DNA of 38,620 nucleotides from a virus. The position numbers were made by a program, and so were the translations under genes. The notes under the pieces were generated by a model. That model had not been told where the DNA came from and searched no databases. It worked only from the letters and a program-made list of their open reading frames with translations. Positions 15,988-24,242 of this stretch are shown here, in pieces (position 1 is the first letter of the stretch; every line of letters starts with the position of its first letter). The stretch is from the IMG/VR virus record IMGVR_UViG_3300045988_133151, positions 1 through 38,620 of that record. One strand, written 5' to 3'.

Positions 15988-16308
15988 ATGACTGAACAAG
16001 AGTTTATAGAAGTTTGCAAAGAATTAACAGAATTGCTTGTTGCGGGTTATAAAGGGAAGTGCAAAGACATCTATCATTTTCGTGGAGAACATGTAGGATA
16101 TGATGTTTGGTATAATTCTAAGACAGGAAATGTTCATTTCTTGTTGGATGGTGCTATTCAAAGTACAAATATTTGGTTTCCTGATGCAAAATATTTTAGA
16201 GGCGCGGTGCTTCTTTTGTATAGTAGACAAACTTTTTCTGCGGCAAATAATTTCTTGCACAGAAAAAAGAGACAAATGGAAAACTATTTTGAAAAAGGAG
16301 AGAATTAA
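15988..16308 (+). CDS. Hypothetical protein (106 aa)
   Basis: The RBS aaggggagg precedes the ATG at 15988. Confidence 0.55.
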   Translation: MTEQEFIEVCKELTELLVAGYKGKCKDIYHFRGEHVGYDVWYNSKTGNVHFLLDGAIQSTNIWFPDAKYFRGAVLLLYSRQTFSAANNFLHRKKRQMENYFEKGEN

Positions 16309-16310
16309 AA

Positions 16311-16556
16311 ATGAAGCAAACATTCGCTGTAAAAATGACCAACTTTCTGAACGCTTTTGACTATTATTACTATTTTGGCTCTCTGGGGACTACTCTGGAA
16401 GGTATGTACCAGGCAGTAAAGCGTGGCAAACTGAAGAAATCCGTAGCTATTCGTATTCTGAGATATGGTCTGGCTAAAGATATTCATTACGGCTATAACT
16501 ATGCACAAATCAATGAAGTGGTATCTAATTTCAAGGAGGAGCTGAACGATGGCTGA
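16311..16556 (+). CDS. Hypothetical protein (81 aa), tandem paralog A
   Basis: FGSLGTTLEGMYQAVKRGKLKKSVAIRILRYGL aligns with LGSLDRTLACLRKNVEAGILKPTVAVQILKRGL of the next ORF. Confidence 0.5.
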   Translation: MKQTFAVKMTNFLNAFDYYYYFGSLGTTLEGMYQAVKRGKLKKSVAIRILRYGLAKDIHYGYNYAQINEVVSNFKEELNDG

Positions 16557-16785
16557 TTTTTTAAAACAGTATTATAATAACTATTTCTTAGGCAGTTTAG
16601 ATAGAACTCTTGCTTGCCTAAGAAAAAACGTAGAAGCGGGTATTCTTAAACCTACTGTTGCTGTGCAGATTCTCAAGAGAGGATTAAAGCAGGATAAATG
16701 CTTGAAGCTAACTAAAGAACAAGGTTTAGTGATTGCTGGAGAGTTTCGTAACGAACTGAGAGAGAAAGGGTTGTGGAAGAAATGA
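16549..16785 (+). CDS. Hypothetical protein (78 aa), tandem paralog B
   Basis: See the previous feature. The start overlaps the upstream stop. Confidence 0.5.
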   Translation: MADFLKQYYNNYFLGSLDRTLACLRKNVEAGILKPTVAVQILKRGLKQDKCLKLTKEQGLVIAGEFRNELREKGLWKK

Positions 16786-16964
16786 AAAATGGTTGGGTTT
16801 TAAATATATCGAAAAATTCAGTTATTCCACGATGGACTGTTGGGAGAATACTAGCAAAAGAATCAGAACATTCTTGTGTTGAATGGTTTTATAAAAGCGG
16901 AAAAGTAATGATATGGACAGTGCCAAACAAATACTTTATCAAATGGAGAGAACCTAAATGGTAA
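16782..16964 (+). CDS. Small hypothetical protein (60 aa)
   Basis: The ATG at 16782 lies 12 nt after gagaaaggg; the track uses a GTG at 16773. Confidence 0.35.
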   Translation: MKNGWVLNISKNSVIPRWTVGRILAKESEHSCVEWFYKSGKVMIWTVPNKYFIKWREPKW

Positions 16965-17049
16965 AAGTAAAAACTAAAATTGGCTACAAATTTTTTGAGA
17001 TGGATTTTCAAAAGATTAAATATTCTGAACGAGAAGAAGGAGGTTTAAT

Positions 17050-17277
17050 ATGAGACTTGTAGATGCAGATACAGCCCCTATTTATCTAAACAGTGCGGCT
17101 TGCGAACAAATCAAAAAAATGCCTACAGTTGAATTAAAGGTAGCACAAGAAGAAAGATGCGGCCTATGCAGTCGTAAGAAACAACTTTCTGGGCAAGGAA
17201 TGATGATGTCGGGAGACAAGATGAATTGTCATATTTTCATTGTTCATTATTGTCCTAATTGTGGAGCAAAGTGGTGA
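17050..17277 (+). CDS. Small zinc-ribbon protein (75 aa; CGLCSRKK...CPNCGAKW)
   Basis: The RBS gaaggagg precedes the ATG. Confidence 0.45.
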   Translation: MRLVDADTAPIYLNSAACEQIKKMPTVELKVAQEERCGLCSRKKQLSGQGMMMSGDKMNCHIFIVHYCPNCGAKW

Positions 17278-17280
17278 TAA

Positions 17281-17637
17281 ATGATGGTAACACATAATGA
17301 ATTTTATGAATGGCTTAAAGTATTTCCACATATTGAAAATAGTGAGAAGCCTACATTACCATTTGTTTTTTATAGAAATGGAGTGACTGATTTTCCTATT
17401 GAAACTAATTCTTTGTTTTGGAGAAATGATAATTTTGAAGTAACACTTTGCCCGTGGGTAAGTAAAGAAAAAAGTACATCAGATAAATTTTTTATATATT
17501 TTTATCAGTTGGACAAAGGTGTGTCTATGGAGTTTTTAACATTAAATCATTTGTATCGACTTTTCAATTCTTTAGCTAAATCTTCTATCTTGGAATTGAA
17601 AACAGCAATAAACGAATGGGAGAATTGCGATGGCTAA
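17281..17637 (+). CDS. Hypothetical protein (118 aa)
   Basis: ORF immediately following the previous stop. Confidence 0.45.
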   Translation: MMVTHNEFYEWLKVFPHIENSEKPTLPFVFYRNGVTDFPIETNSLFWRNDNFEVTLCPWVSKEKSTSDKFFIYFYQLDKGVSMEFLTLNHLYRLFNSLAKSSILELKTAINEWENCDG

Positions 17638-17884
17638 ACTTTCTGATATGGCTAAACTTTACGGAAATAAAGCCCCTTACTGTTGGACTGTTTATTCTGC
17701 TTTAAAAAAGCGTAAGTCAAAAAAAGACGGAAAAACAAGAAGAACTGCTGTTCAACTAACGGAAGAGTGTGGAATTAGTTTTAACACTCTTTATTTGGCT
17801 ATTGACCTTTTAGAAAAAGAAGGATATATTAGTAGAACACGCGCAGGAGATTTTAAGAGAAATACTTATGAAGTTCTAAAATAA
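17630..17884 (+). CDS. Winged-helix DNA-binding protein (84 aa); candidate replication initiator or helicase-loader accessory factor
   Basis: TAVQLTEECGISFNTLYLAIDLLEKEGYISRTR is a typical wHTH recognition segment, and the N-terminus is basic. It lies immediately upstream of the DnaB-like helicase module. Confidence 0.45.
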   Translation: MAKLSDMAKLYGNKAPYCWTVYSALKKRKSKKDGKTRRTAVQLTEECGISFNTLYLAIDLLEKEGYISRTRAGDFKRNTYEVLK

Positions 17885-17887
17885 GTA

Positions 17888-17916
17888 TTGACTTTGGGCG
17901 GCAAAAGTGGTATGAT
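17888..17916 (+). promoter_or_regulatory. Promoter TTGACT-N17-TGgTATGAT
   Basis: -35 at 17888-17893 and extended -10 at 17908-17916. Confidence 0.5.
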
Positions 17917-17940
17917 ATACAAAGAAAGGGGTAAAGCTAT

Positions 17941-18429
17941 ATGGGCAAGTCAATTTGTAAAGGTTGTGGTGAAAAGTTTCCAACAGAGACACGTTATATC
18001 GGAGAAAAATATAAACAGTTAAAGTTCTGTTGCCAAGGATGTTATCAGGATTATGTCAAAGAGCATAGTAACGAAATTGATAGGGATGATTTAATTAAAT
18101 ACTTGGATACAATTTATGAAAATCCAAATTATAGGATGCTTGGAGCGCAAATCAAATATTTTCGAGATGAGTGTAATGTATCTAGCTTGGCTTTGAGACT
18201 CATTATAGAATATGCTATCAAGTATGAAAATTATATTGTGCGGCAAGAAGACGGATTAGGCCAATTTTATCCTAGATACTATCAACCAGCCTTAGAGTTC
18301 TATAAAAAAATTGAAGAAAACAAAAAGTATGCAAGTGAGCATCCTGACTTGCTTACTCCTGAAGTTATTCGTGTAAAGCCCAAAAATAGTATGCAAAAAT
18401 TTTTTACAAAAGCAGAACTAGAGCTTTGA
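17941..18429 (+). CDS. Hypothetical protein with an N-terminal zinc ribbon (162 aa; CKGCGEKF...CCQGCYQDY)
   Basis: The RBS aaagggg precedes the ATG. Confidence 0.5.
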   Translation: MGKSICKGCGEKFPTETRYIGEKYKQLKFCCQGCYQDYVKEHSNEIDRDDLIKYLDTIYENPNYRMLGAQIKYFRDECNVSSLALRLIIEYAIKYENYIVRQEDGLGQFYPRYYQPALEFYKKIEENKKYASEHPDLLTPEVIRVKPKNSMQKFFTKAELEL

Positions 18430-18448
18430 GTAAGGAGTGTACGCAATA

Positions 18449-20032
18449 ATGGAAAACACTTTATATGACAGAAATGCCGCGAGTGCGTTGTTGGGCTGTT
18501 TGATGAAAAATCCTGCGCTATTATTGAATCCTTCTTTTCCTTTATATAAAAAGGATTTTGAGTGCGTTGCAATGCACGGGATTCTTTTTATTTGTATCAG
18601 AGAACTTTTGGAAGCAGGAACTAGAGAAATTAGTGCCTTAGAAATTGATACCGTAGCAAAAACCAATTCTCAGTATTACGACATTCTTGTTCAAAATGAT
18701 TATATTGGATATATTGATGCAATCAAAGAATTAGCTAATCATAATAACTTTGAATATTTTTATACAGTTGTTAGGAAGTATTCATTGCTTAGAGAAATGA
18801 AAGAAAATGGCATTTCTATTACTGATTTCTTTGACCCTATTACTGGACAGGCAACGAATTTAGAAAAATTTGAATCTATTACTCTTGAAGAAATGGTCGC
18901 AAGAGTAAACAACATAGTTTCAAATCTGAGAAATAAATACGATGTACGCTTTGTCCGCAATCAAATTTCAGTGGGCGAAGATACGGAAGGGCTACTAGAA
19001 TTTTTTGAAAAAGCTCCTGCTTTTGGTGCTTGCTTACAAAGCGGAGTGTTAAGCACTATTGTTCAAGGATGGAATAGAGGGCACTTATTGTGTCGCTCTG
19101 GTCCTTCAGGAGCGAGTAAAACAAAGCAGGGCGTGGGTGATTTATGTATGGTTTCCGCCCCTGCCTATTACTCAGAAGAAGCAGGAGATTTTGTAGTAAA
19201 TCCAAATTATCAAGGCCCAGGATTCTATATTCACACAGAAATGGATAGTAGAACGGAAGTTGAACCAGCATTTTTAAGTTTTGTTGCTTGCGTAGAATAT
19301 AGAAAAATGAGAAATGGTTTGCTTACAAAAGAAGAAAGACTTCGTGTTCTTAAAGCAGGTGAAATTTTAAAAAAGTCAAATTTACAAATTATTGATATGC
19401 CTGAATACACTTCTGCTTCGCTAGAACAAAAAATTCGTGATATGGCTGAATTTGGTTGTCCTTTTGGCGTGTTTGACTATGTGGAATTAAACAGTTCTCT
19501 TGGTGCGGAGTTTAAAAGTATATCCAATATGCCAGTAAGAGAAGATTTGGTGTTAAAATCTTTAGTGACAGACCTTAAAGGTTACGCAGAAAAATATAAT
19601 GTTGGTATACTTACTGGAACTCAGCTTAATGACACTTGGAAAGAAAAGGCTTTCCCTGATGAATCTTGTCTTTCTGGCGCGAAGTCTATTAAAAACAAGC
19701 TGGATGCGGGAACTATTATTATTCCTTTTAATCAAAGAAGAAAAGAAATGGAGTGTTTAAAAGCTTTTCTACCTAAACCTCGCTTTGGTGAACCTGCACC
19801 GATGATGCCTAATATGATAGAATATGTATATAAATCCCGTTTCGGCGTATACGGCGACGAAAAAGTTAAAATTATATATTATTTTGACAAGGGTACTTCA
19901 AGAAGATACGATTTCTTTTGTGCCGATGATAAGGATAAAATAGTAAATGTTCCTAAAACGGAATTAGAACCTGGAGGTATTTATAATGCGAATGACGCAG
20001 AATGTGAAGCAAGTATTAAAGAAACTGTATGA
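18449..20032 (+). CDS. DnaB-like replicative helicase (527 aa) with a non-canonical P-loop
   Basis: The N-terminal domain (NAASALLGCLMKNPALL...FECVAMHGILFICIRELLEAGTREISALEI) resembles the DnaB N-domain. The Walker-A-like segment is RSGPSGASKTKQG (GxxxxSKT rather than GxxxxGKT). The Walker B/DnaB-like segment is GVFDYVELNS. The ATG at 18449 lies 12 nt after taaggag; the track GTG at 18437 sits inside the RBS. Confidence 0.65.
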   Translation: MENTLYDRNAASALLGCLMKNPALLLNPSFPLYKKDFECVAMHGILFICIRELLEAGTREISALEIDTVAKTNSQYYDILVQNDYIGYIDAIKELANHNNFEYFYTVVRKYSLLREMKENGISITDFFDPITGQATNLEKFESITLEEMVARVNNIVSNLRNKYDVRFVRNQISVGEDTEGLLEFFEKAPAFGACLQSGVLSTIVQGWNRGHLLCRSGPSGASKTKQGVGDLCMVSAPAYYSEEAGDFVVNPNYQGPGFYIHTEMDSRTEVEPAFLSFVACVEYRKMRNGLLTKEERLRVLKAGEILKKSNLQIIDMPEYTSASLEQKIRDMAEFGCPFGVFDYVELNSSLGAEFKSISNMPVREDLVLKSLVTDLKGYAEKYNVGILTGTQLNDTWKEKAFPDESCLSGAKSIKNKLDAGTIIIPFNQRRKEMECLKAFLPKPRFGEPAPMMPNMIEYVYKSRFGVYGDEKVKIIYYFDKGTSRRYDFFCADDKDKIVNVPKTELEPGGIYNANDAECEASIKETV

Positions 20033-20198
20033 ATCAGAAATTCCGATTCCAAAACTTGATGGTCTTGATGAGACAAGTTTTTTGGCAGGTGTTCAGTGGC
20101 TAGGTATTTATATTAAGGCTGTAGTTGAGACAGGAAGATTTGATTTTACAGTAGAACAATTAGCTGAAATTGGAGGTTTGAGCAATGAAGAAGTTTAA
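19986..20198 (+). CDS. Small hypothetical protein (70 aa)
   Basis: The RBS ggagg lies 9 nt before the ATG. The gene overlaps the 3' end of the helicase gene in another frame. Confidence 0.35.
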   Translation: MRMTQNVKQVLKKLYESEIPIPKLDGLDETSFLAGVQWLGIYIKAVVETGRFDFTVEQLAEIGGLSNEEV

Positions 20199-20382
20199 GG
20201 TAGCTAATACGATTGCGTGTATTTTAAATGGCATGTGTCTTTCTTATGCAGGAGGTCAGGCGGCATACTATGCCCAGCAAAATGAGCTTCCTTGGTTTCT
20301 TGTGAGTATTGGTCTAGCTGGATTGTTTACTTTCCTTCTTGTTGACCTTATTCACATGAGGATTAAAAACTGGGAGGACTAA
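20185..20382 (+). CDS. Small membrane protein (65 aa)
   Basis: The RBS ggagg precedes the ATG. There is one clear TM helix (WFLVSIGLAGLFTFLLVDLI). Confidence 0.4.
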   Translation: MKKFKVANTIACILNGMCLSYAGGQAAYYAQQNELPWFLVSIGLAGLFTFLLVDLIHMRIKNWED

Positions 20383-20385
20383 TAG

Positions 20386-21432
20386 ATGGAAAGACGGATA
20401 GTCTATTTGGACAGTGCAGCCACTATGCTTCCCACTTTTTGGTCAAAAGATTTTATGGGATACTCTGGAAATCCCAATGCAAAGCACAAAATGGGACAAA
20501 TGGTGCGATATAAATACGAAGAGTGTAAACAGAGACTAAAAGATATTCTTGGAGTGTCTAGTGGAGAAATTTTCTTTGCTAGATGCGCCACAGAAATTGC
20601 CAATGGACTGTGGCTAGAATCTTTTTTTGGTAATAGAGGTCGTAATTTTGATGTTTGGTGTAGCCCTTGGGAGCATGATTCATGTTATGTTGATTCTTCT
20701 GAATTTAGCAAGGATAGAAATGTGTTTGCTACAGATTGTTATCAAATTGTATTTTGGCAATATGTAAATCACATGACAGGAAACCAATTTTTTATGGAGT
20801 TACCTGAAAAGCATGACAACACTTTGCTATTCAGCGACTTCACTGCGGCAATCGGCAAGGCTGAAATTCCAAAGATTGAAGGAAACTTTGACGCAATCTG
20901 GTGTTCTGGACATAAGTTTGGAGCAGAAGGTGGCGGTTGGCTTTGGGTATCTGATAAAGCTTTAGATTGGTTGCCTGGAATCAAATATTCTTTTGGCGGC
21001 ACTCCTAATGTTCCACAGATTGTGGCCTTGACAACTGCGACAGAATATGCTATAATGGGGACAAAGGAAAACTTTAAGCATTATGTTTTTCTTTGGACTG
21101 CGGTTCAAAATCAACTATTTGACGAAGGCATTGAGCATGAAATTATTGGAGACAACAACCTGCCTATTACTTGTGCTGTAATGACTCTACGTTTTCCTGG
21201 AATGAACGCAGATGCTCTTGCTACATATCTCAGCTACAGGAAAATTTATGTCTCTATGGGAAAATCTGCTTGTTCAGAAGATGATGATTTTAGAGCCTTG
21301 GAATCTTGGGGTTTGACCAAAGAGCAAGCAGAAGAGTGCATCCGAATTTCTTTTGACCCTGACAGCACAACGGCAGATACAGATGATTTTGTTAAAGCAG
21401 TGGCGGCGTTTAAAGAAGAATATTTAAATTAA
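20386..21432 (+). CDS. Class-V aminotransferase fold, NifS/IscS-family cysteine desulfurase homologue (348 aa)
   Basis: IVYLDSAATMLPT corresponds to IYLDYSATTPV. SGHKFGAEGGGWLWV corresponds to SGHKIYGPKGIGALYV, preserving the PLP-Lys. SMGKSACSE corresponds to SSGSACTS, preserving the catalytic Cys. A C-terminal IRISF corresponds to IRFSL. The protein is shorter than bacterial IscS (about 404 aa). The RBS gggagg precedes the ATG. Confidence 0.7.
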   Translation: MERRIVYLDSAATMLPTFWSKDFMGYSGNPNAKHKMGQMVRYKYEECKQRLKDILGVSSGEIFFARCATEIANGLWLESFFGNRGRNFDVWCSPWEHDSCYVDSSEFSKDRNVFATDCYQIVFWQYVNHMTGNQFFMELPEKHDNTLLFSDFTAAIGKAEIPKIEGNFDAIWCSGHKFGAEGGGWLWVSDKALDWLPGIKYSFGGTPNVPQIVALTTATEYAIMGTKENFKHYVFLWTAVQNQLFDEGIEHEIIGDNNLPITCAVMTLRFPGMNADALATYLSYRKIYVSMGKSACSEDDDFRALESWGLTKEQAEECIRISFDPDSTTADTDDFVKAVAAFKEEYLN

Positions 21433-21444
21433 GGAGAGTTTATT

Positions 21445-22530
21445 ATGGGGCAGATTGATGTAAAAAAATTAAAAGCAAGTCTGTCCCTTTTAGATATTGA
21501 GTATGTAATGAATCAGCTTGGGATTCCTATGTATAGTAAGGGCAACAGAGAATGGATTTTCTATCCAGGAACTAAATACAAAGACCCTTATGCAGGGAAA
21601 CCCAAGCTGTATTTTTATACTGATTCCAAAATATTCATAAGTTACACTGAGTCATGCTCTATGGACATTATAGGTGTAGTACAAAAAAGACTGGCGTTAC
21701 TGAATGAATCTTGCAGTTTCTTGGATGCAGTTAATTATATTCTTGAGACAACAGGAAAAGAGCCTACTGGTTTACATGAATTAACTAAATCTCCGTTTTA
21801 TGATTGGGAAAGTGATTTAGGCAAATTTTCTAAGTTTGGCGGCAGAGGCAGTGGCTTAAAATGTTATGATGCTAGTGTATTGAATCATTTATCCCAATTA
21901 TACCCTTTAAGATGGATTGATGAGGGTATAAGCTGGGACTCTATGAAAAAATATCGCATAGGCTTTTACGACAGAATGAATCAGACCACCATTCCGGTTT
22001 TTGGAAATGACGGAGGGCTGTTGGGGATTCGGTGTAGGAATTGGACAGAAGATATGCTTGCACAAGCCAAATACATTCCATTAACATTACTTGATGGAAC
22101 AACTTATAAATTTCCTACACACAGTGTTTTATATGGATTAAATTATAATTGGCCCACCATTGAAAGAAAGAAAGAGGTGTGGATTGCTGAAGGTGAAAAA
22201 TCAGTCCTGAAATTAGATACTTGGTATGGAACAGAATCTTGTGCTGTGGCGATGTTTGGAAATAATTTGGGACTTCAAAGAAGACAACAGTTGTTGAGTC
22301 TTGGTGTGAACAAGGTTTTTTATATCCCTGACCATGATTTTGTGGGACTTGGAGACAAAGAATTTGACTTATGGACAACTAAACTAAATAAATTTTGCGA
22401 GTTGTGGCATGGATTTGCTACTGTCAACGTTTTGCTTGATACTAAAGGTTATTTTGGCGCAAAAGACAATGCAACTGATTATAATAAAGAAATTTTTACA
22501 GAGTTGTTGGAAAATTCAGTTCAAATGTGA
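21445..22530 (+). CDS. DnaG-like primase (361 aa) with a TOPRIM domain
   Basis: The TOPRIM motif is VWIAEGEKSVLKLD...FYIPDHD. The N-terminus is only zinc-ribbon-like (single Cys, degenerate). The RBS aaggagag precedes the ATG. Confidence 0.65.
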   Translation: MGQIDVKKLKASLSLLDIEYVMNQLGIPMYSKGNREWIFYPGTKYKDPYAGKPKLYFYTDSKIFISYTESCSMDIIGVVQKRLALLNESCSFLDAVNYILETTGKEPTGLHELTKSPFYDWESDLGKFSKFGGRGSGLKCYDASVLNHLSQLYPLRWIDEGISWDSMKKYRIGFYDRMNQTTIPVFGNDGGLLGIRCRNWTEDMLAQAKYIPLTLLDGTTYKFPTHSVLYGLNYNWPTIERKKEVWIAEGEKSVLKLDTWYGTESCAVAMFGNNLGLQRRQQLLSLGVNKVFYIPDHDFVGLGDKEFDLWTTKLNKFCELWHGFATVNVLLDTKGYFGAKDNATDYNKEIFTELLENSVQM

Positions 22531-22541
22531 GGAGAAAAAAT

Positions 22542-22913
22542 ATGAGCCTTTTTGTGGAATATCGTGGTGATGATTCTATTGTTATGAATTGTCCTCTTCC
22601 TAAAGTTGGGAGTATTGGAATGGTTGCTGAAGAAAAGGGAATTTTTTATAAAGTGAAATTTCCTTACCGATGCTTTGATGAACTTGTAAAGAAAGAAGAA
22701 CTGATTGTTACTTTAGTTAAGAGTCAATTTGTTGATACAGATTTATTCTTACTCGACAAGCTTAACGAATGGGCAGAAAAAGAGACAGAAAAGATGTTTG
22801 ATAAGCTTATGGATTTTATGCAAAAGCATGGAAATGACAAAGAAAAAATTGAAGATATTTTTGGTGAAGAGTTAAGTGAAAAAATGTTTGACTTTTATAA
22901 GAAAAATAAATAA
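22542..22913 (+). CDS. Hypothetical protein (123 aa) carrying one copy of a ~45-aa motif that is triplicated in the next gene
   Basis: The ATG at 22542 lies 7 nt after gaggag. PKVGSIGMVAEEKGIFYKVKF...CFDE resembles two segments of the 22991 product. Confidence 0.5.
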   Translation: MSLFVEYRGDDSIVMNCPLPKVGSIGMVAEEKGIFYKVKFPYRCFDELVKKEELIVTLVKSQFVDTDLFLLDKLNEWAEKETEKMFDKLMDFMQKHGNDKEKIEDIFGEELSEKMFDFYKKNK

Positions 22914-22930
22914 AAAGCGCTTGACAATTC

Positions 22931-22959
22931 TGAAAAAATGTGATATATTATAAATAGTC
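22931..22959 (+). promoter_or_regulatory. Promoter TTGACA-N17-TGaTATATT
   Basis: -35 at 22931-22936 and extended -10 at 22951-22959. Confidence 0.5.
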
Positions 22960-22990
22960 CAAAGGACAATACAATTTTTGGAGGTATTTT

Positions 22991-23818
22991 ATGACGTTTG
23001 TAGCTTTTACCAGTGAAGAACTAGCGACCGGCCCCCTAGCCGACATCTATCCTCGGTTAGGTAGTGTAGGAATTATCATTGGTCAAATGGACGATGAATA
23101 TAATGTTCAATTCTCTCCTGATTGCTTTGATGATGGTTCCCATGAAAGCGCAGAAGAATGTGCGCTAATTCTTAGTAGAGATGAGTTTGAGAGTGCAGAT
23201 ATTTTTGCGGCACAGGTACTAAACAACTATAACGTAGCCAATTCTGTTCCCACGGGTTCACTTGGAGAAGAATCTTGTAATTGCGATTCTAACTGCAAAT
23301 CTGATTATTGCAGTTACGATGAAAGAGAAGAAGGTGAACTTACAGAAGAAGATGCCGAAAATTTAGAGATTTATAAGATGCTTCTTCCCAAGTTCAAGAA
23401 GAATGGTTTTATCACGGAAGACAATAAGATTGAAGAGGGCCTTGATGTTGTTAGAATGGTTTCTTTGGCCTATAAGAGTGCTTACAAGCGCGGAAAAGTA
23501 GGAAGACCTTTCTTTTTTAAGAAGGATAGTCAAGCTAGATGGAGAGAGATGAAGCCAAATGATGTTTACAACACTAGCCTTAGAGTTATGTATGTAAACA
23601 AGCCTAGTGAGGCTCAGTATCCAGAAGGGCCTTGGGATGATGGAAAGGGTTGTTTCCCGCCTGAAGGCACTGTCGGAAGAATGTCTCGTCCCGCCTGGGA
23701 CGATGCTGAAAGTGATGAAGATATTTGGGTTCAATTTGAAGGAACCGAATACGAACACACTTGCTACGGACAGATGTTTGATTGCTTTCTTGTGAGAGAG
23801 GTAGATGAGGATGATTAA
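22991..23818 (+). CDS. Hypothetical protein (275 aa) with N- and C-terminal copies of the GS(V/I)G...VQF...CFD motif and a Cys-rich acidic middle
   Basis: PRLGSVGIIIGQMDDEYNVQFSPDCFDD occurs at the N-terminus and PEGTVGRMSRP...IWVQFEGTEYEHTCYGQMFDCF at the C-terminus. The RBS ggagg precedes the ATG. Confidence 0.55.
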   Translation: MTFVAFTSEELATGPLADIYPRLGSVGIIIGQMDDEYNVQFSPDCFDDGSHESAEECALILSRDEFESADIFAAQVLNNYNVANSVPTGSLGEESCNCDSNCKSDYCSYDEREEGELTEEDAENLEIYKMLLPKFKKNGFITEDNKIEEGLDVVRMVSLAYKSAYKRGKVGRPFFFKKDSQARWREMKPNDVYNTSLRVMYVNKPSEAQYPEGPWDDGKGCFPPEGTVGRMSRPAWDDAESDEDIWVQFEGTEYEHTCYGQMFDCFLVREVDEDD

Positions 23819-24242
23819 AATCATCAAAAAGCCTGAAGAAGTAAAGGAAGTTAAGTGTCAATTTTGCGGTTGTGTGTTAGAATACAGCAATGCAGATATT
23901 ATTCAAACGACAAACGCCGCGTCTAGTATTATTTGTCCGAACTGTGAAAACATCATTACACTGTCCAAAGAAGAGCATTTCAAACCTGATGTTTGGCCTG
24001 ATTTTTACAGTTATGATGGGCCTAACGTAAAGCGTTTAACTGACGAAAAGATTAGTCAATATATTGACAAATGTGTTAAAAACACAATGCAAAACAAAGA
24101 TATGGCGTGTATGGCAAGTGGAGATACTTTTGTTTTAAGTCTTCCTGATTGCGATAATTCGGGAGAAATTGAAACTATTTCTGTTATTGTTGCACAAGGG
24201 TACAAAGAAGGCTTGGTCTATGAAAGAGAGGGACTTTGTTGA
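23811..24242 (+). CDS. Zinc-ribbon protein (143 aa; CQFCGC...CPNCEN)
   Basis: The ATG at 23811 lies 10 nt after gagagagg. Confidence 0.5.
   Translation: MIKIIKKPEEVKEVKCQFCGCVLEYSNADIIQTTNAASSIICPNCENIITLSKEEHFKPDVWPDFYSYDGPNVKRLTDEKISQYIDKCVKNTMQNKDMACMASGDTFVLSLPDCDNSGEIETISVIVAQGYKEGLVYEREGLC

Noticed and set aside
23363-23861. - strand ORFs of 154 aa and 85 aa overlapping 22991-23818
   Set aside because: They lie antisense to a gene with a strong RBS and internally repeated domains. They have no translation signals.
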